A stretch of 64,000 nt of DNA from Catajapyx aquilonaris (lineage: Eukaryota): the NCBI GenBank assembly GCA_000934665.2, contig KZ538181.1, forward strand, positions 1-64,000, in the 5' to 3' direction. Position 1 is the first letter of the stretch. The number at the start of each line of letters is the position of its first letter. Of this stretch, positions 21,709 through 33,628 are shown in pieces. Under the pieces are notes generated by a model that saw only the letters and a program-made list of their open reading frames with translations, had not been told where the DNA came from and ran no database searches. The position numbers and the translations under genes are program-made.

Positions 21709-23603
21709 GTCTTGTCGTGCCTTGATATTTTGCATGTCCCCATTTAATTATGCGGATCCTTTTTCCCTTGCCGTTATCTGCGAGCTTCCAAGCACGTCGG
21801 CGAAGGCTCTTAAATCTAAAAACTCTTAATTGTAATGGGACTGTCATGTTTAAGCAGTCTGACGGGAGAGGAAATGACAGTGCAAATAGGACTTTGATAA
21901 CTCATATCGCTAATTTGTGGCACTCGAGAGACCCAAAAATGTTCTTTACGACTGAGACTTATGAAATCCCTTTTCCATGACTTTTCTGCCACATAAGCAT
22001 CAGGATGGGCTGGCAAGGGACGAGGCAGTATAATGGATACGGGGACTTAATGACTTCCTGGCCCCTGTTTCATAACTGCGTCATTCTCTGCCGCATATAG
22101 ACAGGTTATTAACTGGGCTTTTCGAATGCCTCTACTTGACATTCTGAAGCGGGAATTGGACCAATAAAACGTGCGATTCGCATTGGTCGACTTGGTCTCA
22201 CAGGAAATTGCGAGTCGCTGTTCAGATGCTGGCTGCTTGTTTGTGGACATTGAGATTATTGGAGTAAAACCGGTTAGAAGGGAAGAAAATGAAGATTAGG
22301 CTAAAATTGTGAAGGAGAAAAAACGCATAAAATTTGTGTGTAATATACATCTCATAATCATAACCGCCGAGTCATAAATTTAATATCGATAAAAATATAG
22401 GCAGTGATAATTTATCGTTTCATTTTCTTCCAACACCTCATTCAGGTAGATGAAACACATGTCTGGTGGACAATGTTTGATATCAACCGACATGAACTTT
22501 CTTCACGCTCTGTATACGAAATCACTGACCCGACTATGGGAACATGTTTCAGCGTTGGAAACTCGGATAAAGTACTTAATTTTCCTGGCTCGTTTACACG
22601 TTTTGCCGATTATGCAGTAGGTAAACGCGTGGAGGCTGTTACATCCCTGGGCTCTGGAAAAAAGTGGGAATTGCAAAGTACTGGGAACAGTTGGAGGTAA
22701 TAGCCCGTCCGGAGAATAATGCCGAAGGGCCCCGGGAAAGCATTGACTTGTGATGCACGGACAGCAGGTTGCATTGAGGAGCTCCAAGTATGACAGTTAA
22801 GCGGTTGTAAAATCAAGGCCTGCATACCAATGAGCCCAGGAAGCTTCCTTTAAAATGGATTCGTATTACCACTCTATTACCACCAAACACCTTCCTTTTT
22901 AATGTCACCACCCAAGAAACGACCCTGCGCCAGGCTTTTATTGCCGCGAGTCTATTTTGTAGCCAGGCTTTTCGAAATACCGGGGACGACCGCACCAAAA
23001 TTACCCCAAGATGGAGGCTTTAGTGGAAGAGATGGCTGGAAAAAAATATATTTACGCGCCTCTTTTTGTAATTAGGTCGTTGCTTTTAATCCTTCGTGAA
23101 AGAAGGGCAGTAATGAAGAATGGAGGTGGATTTACTCGATCGGCCTTTTGTTAAACCGCAGGCAGAAATGGGGTTGCAAGTTTGCCGTAAACTGTTACAA
23201 CCATTAGATGCCCCTTTTGGAATTTGTAAGTAGGAGTTTGAAAAGCCGCAGCTCTCACGGATGAGTTCGGATGCGTTTGCTGACAGGTGGCGCAGGTGGC
23301 GCACCCCCCCCCCCTCCCCCCTCCCCCCCTCCCTAGCTGTACGTCGCGCCATCTCTGAGAAAGGGGTGATGGTGGTTAAGCAAGGAGCCACCACAAAGTA
23401 CCTCCCCACTATTTAGGCCATTTTGACTCCGGAGTTTGTCATCTTCATCATCACATGGGGAACATCTAAGCAAAACGTCACAATTTAGGGAAAGCTTGTG
23501 AGTTTGGTGGTTTTGACTAAGCTTACCTAATTTTTTTAAGGGAAGTTGNCCCCTACTATGGAACGCTAGTTCCCTTCGGGGGGAGTAATAAATTTGATTT
23601 GAT

Positions 23604-23886
23604 TTGATTATTTTAAATATTTACCACGTATGGAGAATCGGCGTTCCATTAGGGAGGTGGAATATCACCATTTTACCACTCAATTTTTCTGAACTTTTTC
23701 TTCACACATGGATCGGGCCAAGAATAGGAAAGGAAGGAAGCGGCTGTGGCCTATTATACGGAAGCGACCCCGGAATTATCCTGGGGGGACCGTGGAAAAC
23801 CACAGAAAACCGCTGCGGCGGGAATCGAACCCAGGACCTCCCGATTAGCAGTCAGACTCAATAACCACTACACCAACCTGCTTCGG
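23604..23886 (-). mobile_element. tRNA-headed SINE, family A (second copy)
   Basis: Shares GGAAGGAAGCGGCTGTGGCCTA..GACCCCGGAATTATCCTG..GGAAAACCACAGAAAACC..TCGAACCCAGGACCTCCCGATTAGCAGTC..CTGCTTCGG with 2734-3039. Confidence 0.85.
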
Positions 23887-25574
23887 TACATTTTTCATGA
23901 TTATCTCAGTTTCATGTGATGATTTACTAATATGATCAACACACTTGTTCTACCCTATAATTATCTCGATCACCTAATCAGCACATTTCTGTCCATAATG
24001 AAACATAATCATTAGATGATCCGACCTTTTCCTTAAAATCGAAAAGAAACGTTAACTCGAGAGTGCACTTTGCAGACTGTTAGACATTTTGCACTGCAAG
24101 CGGCACTGTTCCAAGTGGGTGCAAAATTTAACTTTCTTTGATTTCCAGCCGTGTACAGCAGTGCAGCCAGTTTCCCTCGGAAGTAGTAAGCTGATTTTGT
24201 TTGCCTCTTTCTGGGAGATTTCTCCTCATTTCCAGCAGTCGGAGCATACCCGCCAAGTTTTTTTCTCCCCCCCCCCCCCCCCCCNCCCCCCTCTCCTTTT
24301 TCACGAGAAAAAGGCGCCCGCTTTTAGACCAGTTAAAATACATAGGACTGTCTGCTGGGGGGAATTACATGCTCATTTCCGCTGTAATTAACTTTGCTTC
24401 TAAAGCACGTTTACTGCCTGATGGATATTTAAAGCGTGCTCGTCCCTTAGAATAAGTTTACCCATGTTTATAGATATGGCCATTATCCCGCTCCTAAGGA
24501 GGGAGAAGGAAGGAATGGGGGAAAAAAAATGTCACTATATGAGATTCACGCTGTAAAAGAGAATTCTACGAACATCGAACAACGGTTAATTAGATCTCAA
24601 ACACGTACGAGCTGGGTTATTTAGATGCATTAGCAATTCAAACAGCATAAGACGAAAGCTGGGCGAGAAGCAAAACTCTGATTTTGCTCTATATCCCTTC
24701 CGACTTTTTTTTTTTTTTTAAAGGCGCTGAAGAAAGGACGGATTACTTTTTAATAAATCCTCGAATCAAAAATTCCATTTCATTTATGTCTTGAGACGCT
24801 TATGGTAGGAACCTGGGGATGGGGGTGCCGCTGCCGATTTATATGGCACGTAAGAATTTGCATGGATATTATGTGCGCCTTTTTTTTTTTCTCCAGGACT
24901 TGTATCGATGACGGTTGCCCAAACTTGCATGAACGAGGTCATAAAATGTGCGATTGAACTGACTCTGAAATTCTTGGCGACAACTGGCACCAGTTCTAAT
25001 GTACTTCAATCCTAGTCCTAACCTTGGATATAAGATTGTCTTGGGGGTGGTGGGGTGGGATTAATGGGAAAAGCTTGTTTCTCTCTTCCCAGTAACTGAA
25101 GATTCCTTCTCTCAGCGACCCGCTGACGACACTGAATTATACAATTTGTCACAGATTTCACTCGTTTCTTCTGAACAATAGGCCGCAGGGTTATTATGAA
25201 GGTGGAGATATTGCATGGATGTTTGGGCTATACATTCCTGCCATTGTTTGTTCATTTACTCTCAAGGAGGTATCGATTTTACTCGGGAGCTACTAGTAAC
25301 TGATATTGCTCCCGTAAGTGCAGGGTGATGAGTTAATTTTTATGATCAGGGTGAGACATTGGGGGCGGGGAGTAACGCGCTATAAATATTGGGTACACTG
25401 GGGGTTAAATATATGAAAATGATGCCATAAGCTGTGTGTCACAATTTGCATGCTGAGAAAAAATTAGAAATGTAGTTACAAAGCTTTAGCGTTAAGTAGG
25501 TGCTGTAATAGCGTTAATTACGCCCGAAGACTTCACTCAGAAATGGCTGTCTCTCTGCTAAAGGAAGCGAAAAA

Positions 25575-25656
<82 letters not shown>

Positions 25657-25770
25657 TTACGTTACCCCGTGATAGGGACATAGGCCCTTATAGGGGGGTG
25701 GAATACCACCATTTTCATTCAATTTTCTGATTTTTTTTCTTCTAACTCCGGTGCAAGGATGAAAGGACAT
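25575..25770 (-). mobile_element. (TAT)n microsatellite (25575-25656) joined to a retroelement 3' tail similar to SINE family A tail
   Basis: TACCCCGTG..TAGGGGGGTGGAATACCACCATTTT..CAATTTTCTGA..TTCTTC matches 23615-23705 and 26366-26416. Confidence 0.65.
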
Positions 25771-26350
25771 GAGGTAAGGATATAGGGATTTTTGGGGAAG
25801 GAACATTGGTGCAAGTGCAAGGTCTGTAAAGGGGTCATGTGCTGTCCCCCCGGAGGTTAGGTTGCCAGACACCTCCTTGGTGCAGGTCAGAGACCCTCCT
25901 GACGCAGGTGAAAGGAAAGTTCCCCAGGCGTCGAAAAATTATATATTTTTAAGTTAGCTATAAAATTATTAGCGCTTACCTCATTTATATTGTGTCGGCG
26001 TGTTAATTGCTCTCTATACAAGACGCTTGACAAAGGCTTTAAAGGCGAGCTCCTAAAAGTGAGCTCATTTCCGTAGCAACACTTGCAAATTTTGAGTTAT
26101 TCATCAGCTTGAATAGTACACAATGTAGTTCATCACAAAATTTGAGTAGTAATTAAGCAAGGAAGTTTGTCAACGTACATGGGATACCGTACTGACACCT
26201 TGTGGCTCCTTAGTATAACTAATCTCTCTATTACCGATAGTATCGTTATGGAAAGCGTGTTGGGTTGCATCATGCCAGGATGAAACAAAGCGGAGGTGGA
26301 AGGCTACCTTTAACCCTTTTAGCATGCGTTGTGGTTATGAATATTACTCA

Positions 26351-26510
26351 TTTTATTTATTTATCATACCCCGTGCTAGAGCCTTTGGCTCCCTTAGGGG
26401 GGTGGATTACCACCATTCGATGGGACAAGGTATAGGTAAGGAAGGAAGCGGCTGTGGCCTATTTTTACGGAAACGACCCCGGAATTGTCCTGGGGGAGAC
26501 CATGGAAAAT
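26351..26510 (-). mobile_element. 5'-truncated SINE family A copy
   Basis: Tail plus body (GGAAGGAAGCGGCTGTGGCCTA..ACGACCCCGGAATTGTCCTG..GACCATGGAAAA) without the tRNA head. Confidence 0.75.
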
Positions 26511-28632
26511 GTGGTTATTAATATTAGTGTTTATAATACACGTAGAAACGCCAAATATAACGTGTAAGTTAGCCTTCGAAACGATTGGAACCATCCGAAC
26601 TCTTCTTCAGCACTTCTTCTCTGTTACCTCCATTCCCGTTAGCCCCGACATAGAGCGAGTGTCTTCTCCGGCACAACAAAGCATGTGGAAGAAGCTAAAG
26701 AGCCATTTTTTTTCTTTTCCAAATCCCCGTGTAGGTGAGGGCAATCTCCAGTTCATAGTCTTGAGACACCTTTTTCCTCCACAGTGTCCACACCTCTGCC
26801 CCGGTCTCTATTCTGGGGGTGAAAAAAAAGGAGTCCAGCGGGAGAATTCTTTTATTCCGAAAAGGCGTCCACCAGCCGCGTTTCCGATACCAGACAATTT
26901 CCCTGAAGGAGGGGTCAGTAGACATTCAGCCACTGGGGATGGACCCAATGGTCTCCTTTTAGGAATAGGAAAAGGCGACGAATGGAAGAAACGAGAAGCG
27001 AATGTTTAAATGATGGCGGAAGGGACTGGAAGGGGGGGTTCTTTTCCCCCTTCGGTTTTTTTTTGGGGGGATAAAGTCAGGAAGAAATCGAAGTACGATT
27101 CAGAGCTGTTCGATTTGGTCAAAATGGAAACGAGTGCAAGTGAGCCGAAATAGAATCCTGGGATGCGAAATGATGACAAGATACAGTCTTTTATGAGCAG
27201 CACGTTTTTTCTGGTAAAGTGAGGGGACTATTGAGCGTCAATTTTTCACATGGGATTTGCGAATGTGCGGTTAATGCTTATAACATCCGTTAGTTCCGCT
27301 GATAATGTCATAGCACACATACCACACAAAAAAAGAGAAATCAAGGCCGCACGGACAGGATAATTAGCTAAAAATTCTGACACACTCACGCAATGCTGAT
27401 ATCAACTTAAATTCAACCAAAGAATAACATATCAGTTTTTATGTGGGTGAATAATTAAATGCGGCGAATCGATATTTTTTAAACGTAAGATTACGGTAGT
27501 AAAGAAGTGTGGTGCTAATATCATAAATCAAGGTGGCTCACACACACACACACAAAAAAGGTTACATGCCAGTGGGAATTTGGTGCGTTCAATTCAATCA
27601 GCATATCAAAGGGGCACGCAAGCAATAGAAGTCGTGCAAAAAAATAGCTTAAAAAAAAGTGCGCTGCTTTCAGATGCGATTGGAGTGGGGGATGTGATCA
27701 TAAACACGCAAATTCCAGCTTGACAAAAACCAATAACGCTGCGGAAATATACCCATTATATTGCGGACGATAAATGGCAAAAAAATGGCGTTGCAGACTA
27801 GAGAGAGGGAGAATTTGGACACTTAGCTATTCAGCACGATTTTTGCCAAGTTGCTTGTTAGAGTTTTGTGTCTTTTTTGGGGGGTAGAGAGTGGGGTATA
27901 GTGGATGGGGGGTGGGAATGGTCGAAGGCCCTAGAGAACCATTTTCTAGGAGGAAGCTCTTTCTTCCGGAGTGGGCCCTCCGTGGTGCTCACTCTGGTCA
28001 CCGGAACTCCTTTGAAACGGTGCCTGGAGACCTTTGCACACGGCAGCGTTTTTTTCCCTGACAACTGTCCGCATGGGAGGTGTGCAGACGCTTTCCGCGG
28101 CTTGGACCGCCACATTCTTCATGGACATCTTCGGATTTTTTTTAAAAAAGTCTACAAGGTGGACACAATTTTAAGAGTTCTGGGTTTTTAAAAGTTCTGG
28201 GTTATTGTTGTGGAATATAGTGGTGATGCGAAAGTCTGAGAAAGTTACTTTAATAATGTGGGTGTGTGTCGGACTTTCATGTAGGAGGTCTCGGGGTCGA
28301 TTAACCAGGCCACTTCCGGATGTGACCCGCAGAGGGATTAAACATATGCAGGAAATGTTTAATTCACACAAACTACTAAAGTAAACTCCTAGGTCGTTTT
28401 ATGCAGAGGTGTCATTTGGCCTTATTACCTCGTTACTGAGATAATGGGCTTCAAACACAAGGTATGAAACTGGCAGGTATATATGCGTCCTCTCAAACGA
28501 TGTAGTGGCTAACGTCAGTCCACCTCTGAGATACCGAGTTCGATTCCTGGAGCTGACAGAAAAAACTTTCTATTGAAAGCTTTTGAACGTTTCAAATGAC
28601 CTTGACTTTTTTTTCTTTAAGAAATGGCAATC

Positions 28633-29396
28633 TAGTCCGGGCCCTAAGCGCAAAAATCAGGCCTAACCTTGCACTTTGTGATAAGAAGGTGCCACTTGGC
28701 ACATATGTTCCCTAGGCCTATAGGAGCAATTCCAGAGTTGCGGGCAACTGATCGGCCACTTAGGTCACGAGTTATGTGGTGTTGCCAACCTGATCAGGGA
28801 ACTAAGCGTTTTAACTCGGAACTTTGTGATAAGAAGGTGCTACTTGGCAGACATGTTCCCTAGGTCTATAGGATCCATTTGAGAGATGGCGGCACGTGAT
28901 CGGCTCCTTAGGTGAGGAGTTATGCGGTGTTGCCAATATGGTCCGGGACCTAAGCATAACCGCATAACTCGTGACCTAAGGGGCTGATCAAGTGCCGCCA
29001 ACTCTCACAATGGATCCTCTAGGCCTGAGGAACATGCTTGCCAAAATCCTAAAATGCAAAGTTAAAAATTGTTATAAACGCGTAGGTCCAGGACCAGATT
29101 GGCAACGCCGCATAACTCCTGACCGAATGAGCCGATCAAGTGCCGCCATCTCTCAAACGACTCCTACAGACCTAGGGAACATATGTGCCAAGCGGTACCT
29201 TCTTATCACAAAATGCAACGTTAAAAACGCTCAGGTCATCCCAGGCCATGTTGGCAACACCGCATAACTCGTGACCTAAGGGGCCGATCAGTTGCCTGCA
29301 ACTCTGGAATTGCTCCTATAGGCCTAGGGAACATATGTGCCAAGTGGCACCTTCTTATCACAAAGTGCAAGGTTAAAGTGCTTAGGGCCCGGACTA
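28633..29396. mobile_element. Foldback element built from ~148-152-bp units in inverted arrays; TAG termini, ATC flanks
   Basis: ATC|TAGTCCGGGCCCTAAGC ... GCTTAGGGCCCGGACTA|ATC. Two forward units (CTTTGTGATAAGAAGG at 28674 and 28822) and about three reverse units (CCGCATAACTC at 28960, 29108, 29260). Confidence 0.85.
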
Positions 29397-32300
29397 ATCG
29401 CGGAATCTCCGATGTCAGCGCTATAGGAGTAGCCTCATTGGTGACAGGTTTAATGAATTGAAATGACGCAATAATTTTAAAATAATGCATCCCTTTTTAT
29501 ATTACTCTTACTCGTTAGAGAATTATTATATTTTTATAATATGCCAGCCAGGATTAGCAATTTTAGGCGATATAATTTAGGTAATGGAACATGGAAGAAA
29601 ACTATATGGCTTCCATTAAACCACCGCAGAATACTGTGCAGAATAATATTATTTGTGTTTCCTGCGTGGCGTTTTGAAATGATTTTAAGAGATGAAGAAA
29701 AATGAGTGTATTCTTGTTGCAACTCATATCCAGCTATGCCTCCGCCGCTAATAGGAGTTTAGAACTCAACGGAAAATGTCACTGTAAGTTTCCCTCACGA
29801 CAGAAAGTTTTTTTTTCCAAAATATTTCCCTGGTTGAGGTGCCCGTATGAGGTGCGCTTCATAATGATATTGTCTTGCTGGTGGAATAATTCAACAGTTT
29901 GGAATTATTTGCGATGAAATTATCTGCAACGTTCCGTGGAATTTTGGATTATATACTATAAAAATTACCCAAAATAGTTTTTCAATAATACGGTATTTCT
30001 TCCTCCGACTCCTTCAATTAGGCATATATTCTAGCACCCAAATGTTATGAGACCCCATGATGTATTGTATTGTTTATTCCCAATTCACCCTATTGGGTAC
30101 ATTAGGGAAGACTTCTCTTACAAACATTATATTTCTGCCTTATTTTTAGAGAATTATGTCACAATAATTTAGGTAATCTCCAGCTGCTGAAAAAAAGACC
30201 CCATGATGTATGTACTGCACTCGTACTGTACGGTTATTGCACTTTTATTCGCCAGGTTGACAGCTGAAACAGTGTTTCGGACTGTACAGTATAACCCACA
30301 ACGTATCGGACAAGACTTGATGTGATGAGAGCCATTTCAGCCTGACAAGCTCACGCCTGAGAGTATTTTGGAACCTACGTACTGAATGTGTGATTCGTCA
30401 GCATACAAATCGCAGAAAGACACCGCAAGCAAATATTGGTACGCAGGCCAGCGAAGTGGCGTTGATGCCAAACCAACATCAATTACTTCTGGCACTGTAC
30501 ACACAGAGTAACAAACGAGGTTCGAGGACCATTGGACTGCGATCCTATAAATATACAGTATATAAAAAAAAGCCAGTGGCGAAATGAAGCATCGGTCAGT
30601 ATATTTCCACCTGAAAAAGTAGAGCCGTAATGAACAGAAACGGACGAAGTGTGACCAACACAAATGGTGTCCTGGATTTTTTATGAGTTTTTAATGGCCT
30701 TCTGACTCGTGTTCTGGTGGGTTTGTTCAGCTCACGACCTCATTAGTCCGAATACACCCCCGCTCCTGCTTACAGCTAGACCGCATCTTGTTAGTCTGAC
30801 CTCAGAATCGACCAAAAGGGGTCAGCAATTGATCGAATGTCGATCTACGTCACATCCAGTAGGAGTTGATTAATCTACTCCGGGTTAAAATGGGGGCCTG
30901 AATTTTGCTCAACGGGAAGTTTCATCAGCTCTCAAAGAATTTTTGGATTGCTCCGGGTAAAAGTGCTGCATATCTTCTTCTTTCCCTTGGTAGCTCACTT
31001 TTTGAGAGTCCCCTTAGGTGAAAAGATTAGAGAGAGAGTCTTCCCGGGGATCTCCAGTTAATTAATATTTTTTTCGATGAAGCCCTGCGAAAGCTAATCA
31101 AGAACATTTCATGTTGCTTTCGCCAGCTGTTTCCGACACATCCATTTGCGTCACGCGCTGGATTAAACTCTCAAACAAAAAGAATTAACTCCCTTATGGG
31201 GGGGAAGCAGTCTGGATCCAAAACTTTTACGTTTATAAATAGCAGTGTTTTCTCCACAAACGCTAGGTGCAGAAGTTTTTGGCTATGCTCTGGATGAATA
31301 TAATTCATGCGAAGGCAATACTTTGACTATAAGGGCTTGATTTGGGCAATCAATGGGTAATGGGGAGTATTGGCCTATTTGTTGCATAATTTCACAGTGG
31401 TTAGCGAATAATAACAATTGGCTATACAGGGTACTGCAAAAGGTTCCTTGAAGTGTTCCAAGAAAAAGTAACTGTAGTTGATTTTGAAGCTTTTGGCTGT
31501 ATGCATAAAATGGATTCAACCACTGATGTAGGACGGAAATGGGTCAAAGTATGTTATTGTCGATATCTTAAACTGTGAAAGTTTGACCCCCCCCCCTCCC
31601 TCTGTATATAGTCTGGACAGACCAAAGGTAACTTTTGGAGCCAATTTTTCCCTGAAAATCTCCAGCCCTCTGGCACTGCACTGTACCTCGTTTGGAGCAA
31701 AAGTTACAGTAGTCAAATGTTGGTCAAAGTATGCTGGTGGTTCATGTCTGTGTTACGTAGTTTTAGTGGAAGGTGCCTCATGGGTTATGTTGGTGCTGGA
31801 CAAAAGCGGCCACCTTACATAATTCATAGGCGCTGTAATTATTTCCATGTAACGTGCAGTAATTAAGTCATTGATCATCGCTGTATTAAAGGGACCATCA
31901 AGAAAGTGATCATGCCAAGACACAATGTTGCCATAAAGCCTGAACTAAAGGCAATAAAAATCTAGGGGATCCTATCTTGCCCTATATAGCAGCATTTGTT
32001 GACACGATTGCCGCATTGTATGGAAGTTGTAAAACACCGATAAATACCACGGTAACACAACTCTTCTTTTTATTTTGTGATGGTTAATTTGCCGGTAATA
32101 AATTTCTACTTGTATAAACTTTCCCACCCTTCATTAGTGTGTCACTGTTTATATACAGTTTATATATATATACTGTGCATGCTGTTCAGTTTTATGGTTT
32201 GTAACTGTATCCTGCATGAGCGTTATAATTTTGTCATTTTGTCCAATTTTTTTGCAGTTTTCTTTTTTTGCAGAAAACTTGTTACTCTCTGCATGCAGGA

Positions 32301-33458
32301 TTTGGCCTTGTTGAAGCCAGTAGAGCGAATCCAATACAATCCTGTCCTTGTTCCACCTTACAATCCCCCTTCCAATTGCTTATTTACGCAGAAGGGAACC
32401 CTCCAACTTCGTCCTTCTTGGTGCAAACGTATCAATACTTACGCCACTGCCGTAATTCGATCTCCCGTGATTCGGTTGATCCGAACGAAAAGCGCCAATC
32501 GAAGCGTAAAAGGAAGATCTGTTGACGTCGGACTATGACTGTCAAACGCGACGTTGCAGATCCAATCCGGTTTCTCCATTTCAACCTCGTTTTTTTTATT
32601 ATCAAAATCCCATCTGCAAGTGACTCGTCCAGACTTGAGGAAAGATTACGGTTGTGTTGGACTGAGGCAGGAAAAAAAAAACAAATGAAGTGAGTAAGGT
32701 GTCGTTCTTCATTCCATAGGTTCTGAGAGCGACATTTCTGCCAGAGTTGGTGTCAGAATAATCCGTTTCTTTTCAACGTTTTTTTTTTACAGTCTTTGCT
32801 CCTTCGGGCGACGGCGACGGAAGCAAAAGACGTTTTTCTTGAGCCGATCTCATTGAGATTCAGGAATCCGTGCGTTGTTTCCGAGAGTCGGCGCACGCGT
32901 CCAGTTTATGCTTCCACTTCAACATGGCCGCCCCTTTATGATGAGCCTTTTTGCATGGCCGACCTAATTTCTGTGGGGCAAGGGGAGGTGAATGATGCTG
33001 TGGAGAATCGGGTTTATCGTCATCTCTTGCATGCTATGGTGGCACCGGTCCTGAAAAAAAGGAGGGGTGGAGGGAATTCTATTGAGGGTTCGTCTATGTG
33101 CTGGCACACGACGCATTTTTTTTTCTGTAGGCGATGTGGCTGGCAAATGGGCGACAAACTGCGTATGTGAAGAGAGGAGGGACGATAGAGTAAGATGAGA
33201 AAAAAGTATCATGGCCATTGGTGACTGGAATTATATGCGGAATGTTCAACAAGAAAGGAACACGGCTTACTTAGGTGGTTGCTAATAAGAAAATATTAGG
33301 TTACTTGTAGCAGGTGAAACAGCCTAAATGATCATCATTTATTAAGCAGTGTTCTTTGCTGGGTGACCATGTATCGATTTAAAAATTAGGTGGAAGATAG
33401 AAATCACTCTCTGGACTATGATGCATCTGAAGGTTTTGTTTTTCAAGTACTAGTATTA

Positions 33459-33628
33459 AGGCCCATACACACAGGGCGTCGACGGTTTTGGTCTTTGGTC
33501 GCGTTGACGCCGCGGACCAATCAACAAGCGAAACACAAGTGTTGAGCTTGTTTACATGAGTCATGATTGGTCCGCGGCGTCAACGCGACCAAAGACCAAA
33601 ACCGTCGACGGCCTGTGTGTATGGGCCT
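33459..33628. mobile_element. PIF/Harbinger-type MITE, TTA TSD, 65-bp TIRs
   Basis: TTA|AGGCCCATACACACAGG..GGACCAATCA ... TGATTGGTCC..CCTGTGTGTATGGGCCT|TTA; one mismatch between arms. Confidence 0.9.

Noticed and set aside
21489..21847. Poly-N/I/L ORFs (and poly-SL ORFs at 36080-36479)
   Set aside because: Translations of microsatellites.
26485..27009. Longest ORF in the track (174 aa), and 40268..40768 (166 aa)
   Set aside because: No recognisable domain and atypical composition; the first starts inside a SINE at a non-ATG codon.
32274..32314. Strong polypyrimidine/CAG acceptor as CRIM1 exon 2
   Set aside because: In the required phase 1 it hits TGA after 13 codons and shows no CRIM1-like Cys pattern; the acceptor near 32792 also stops quickly.
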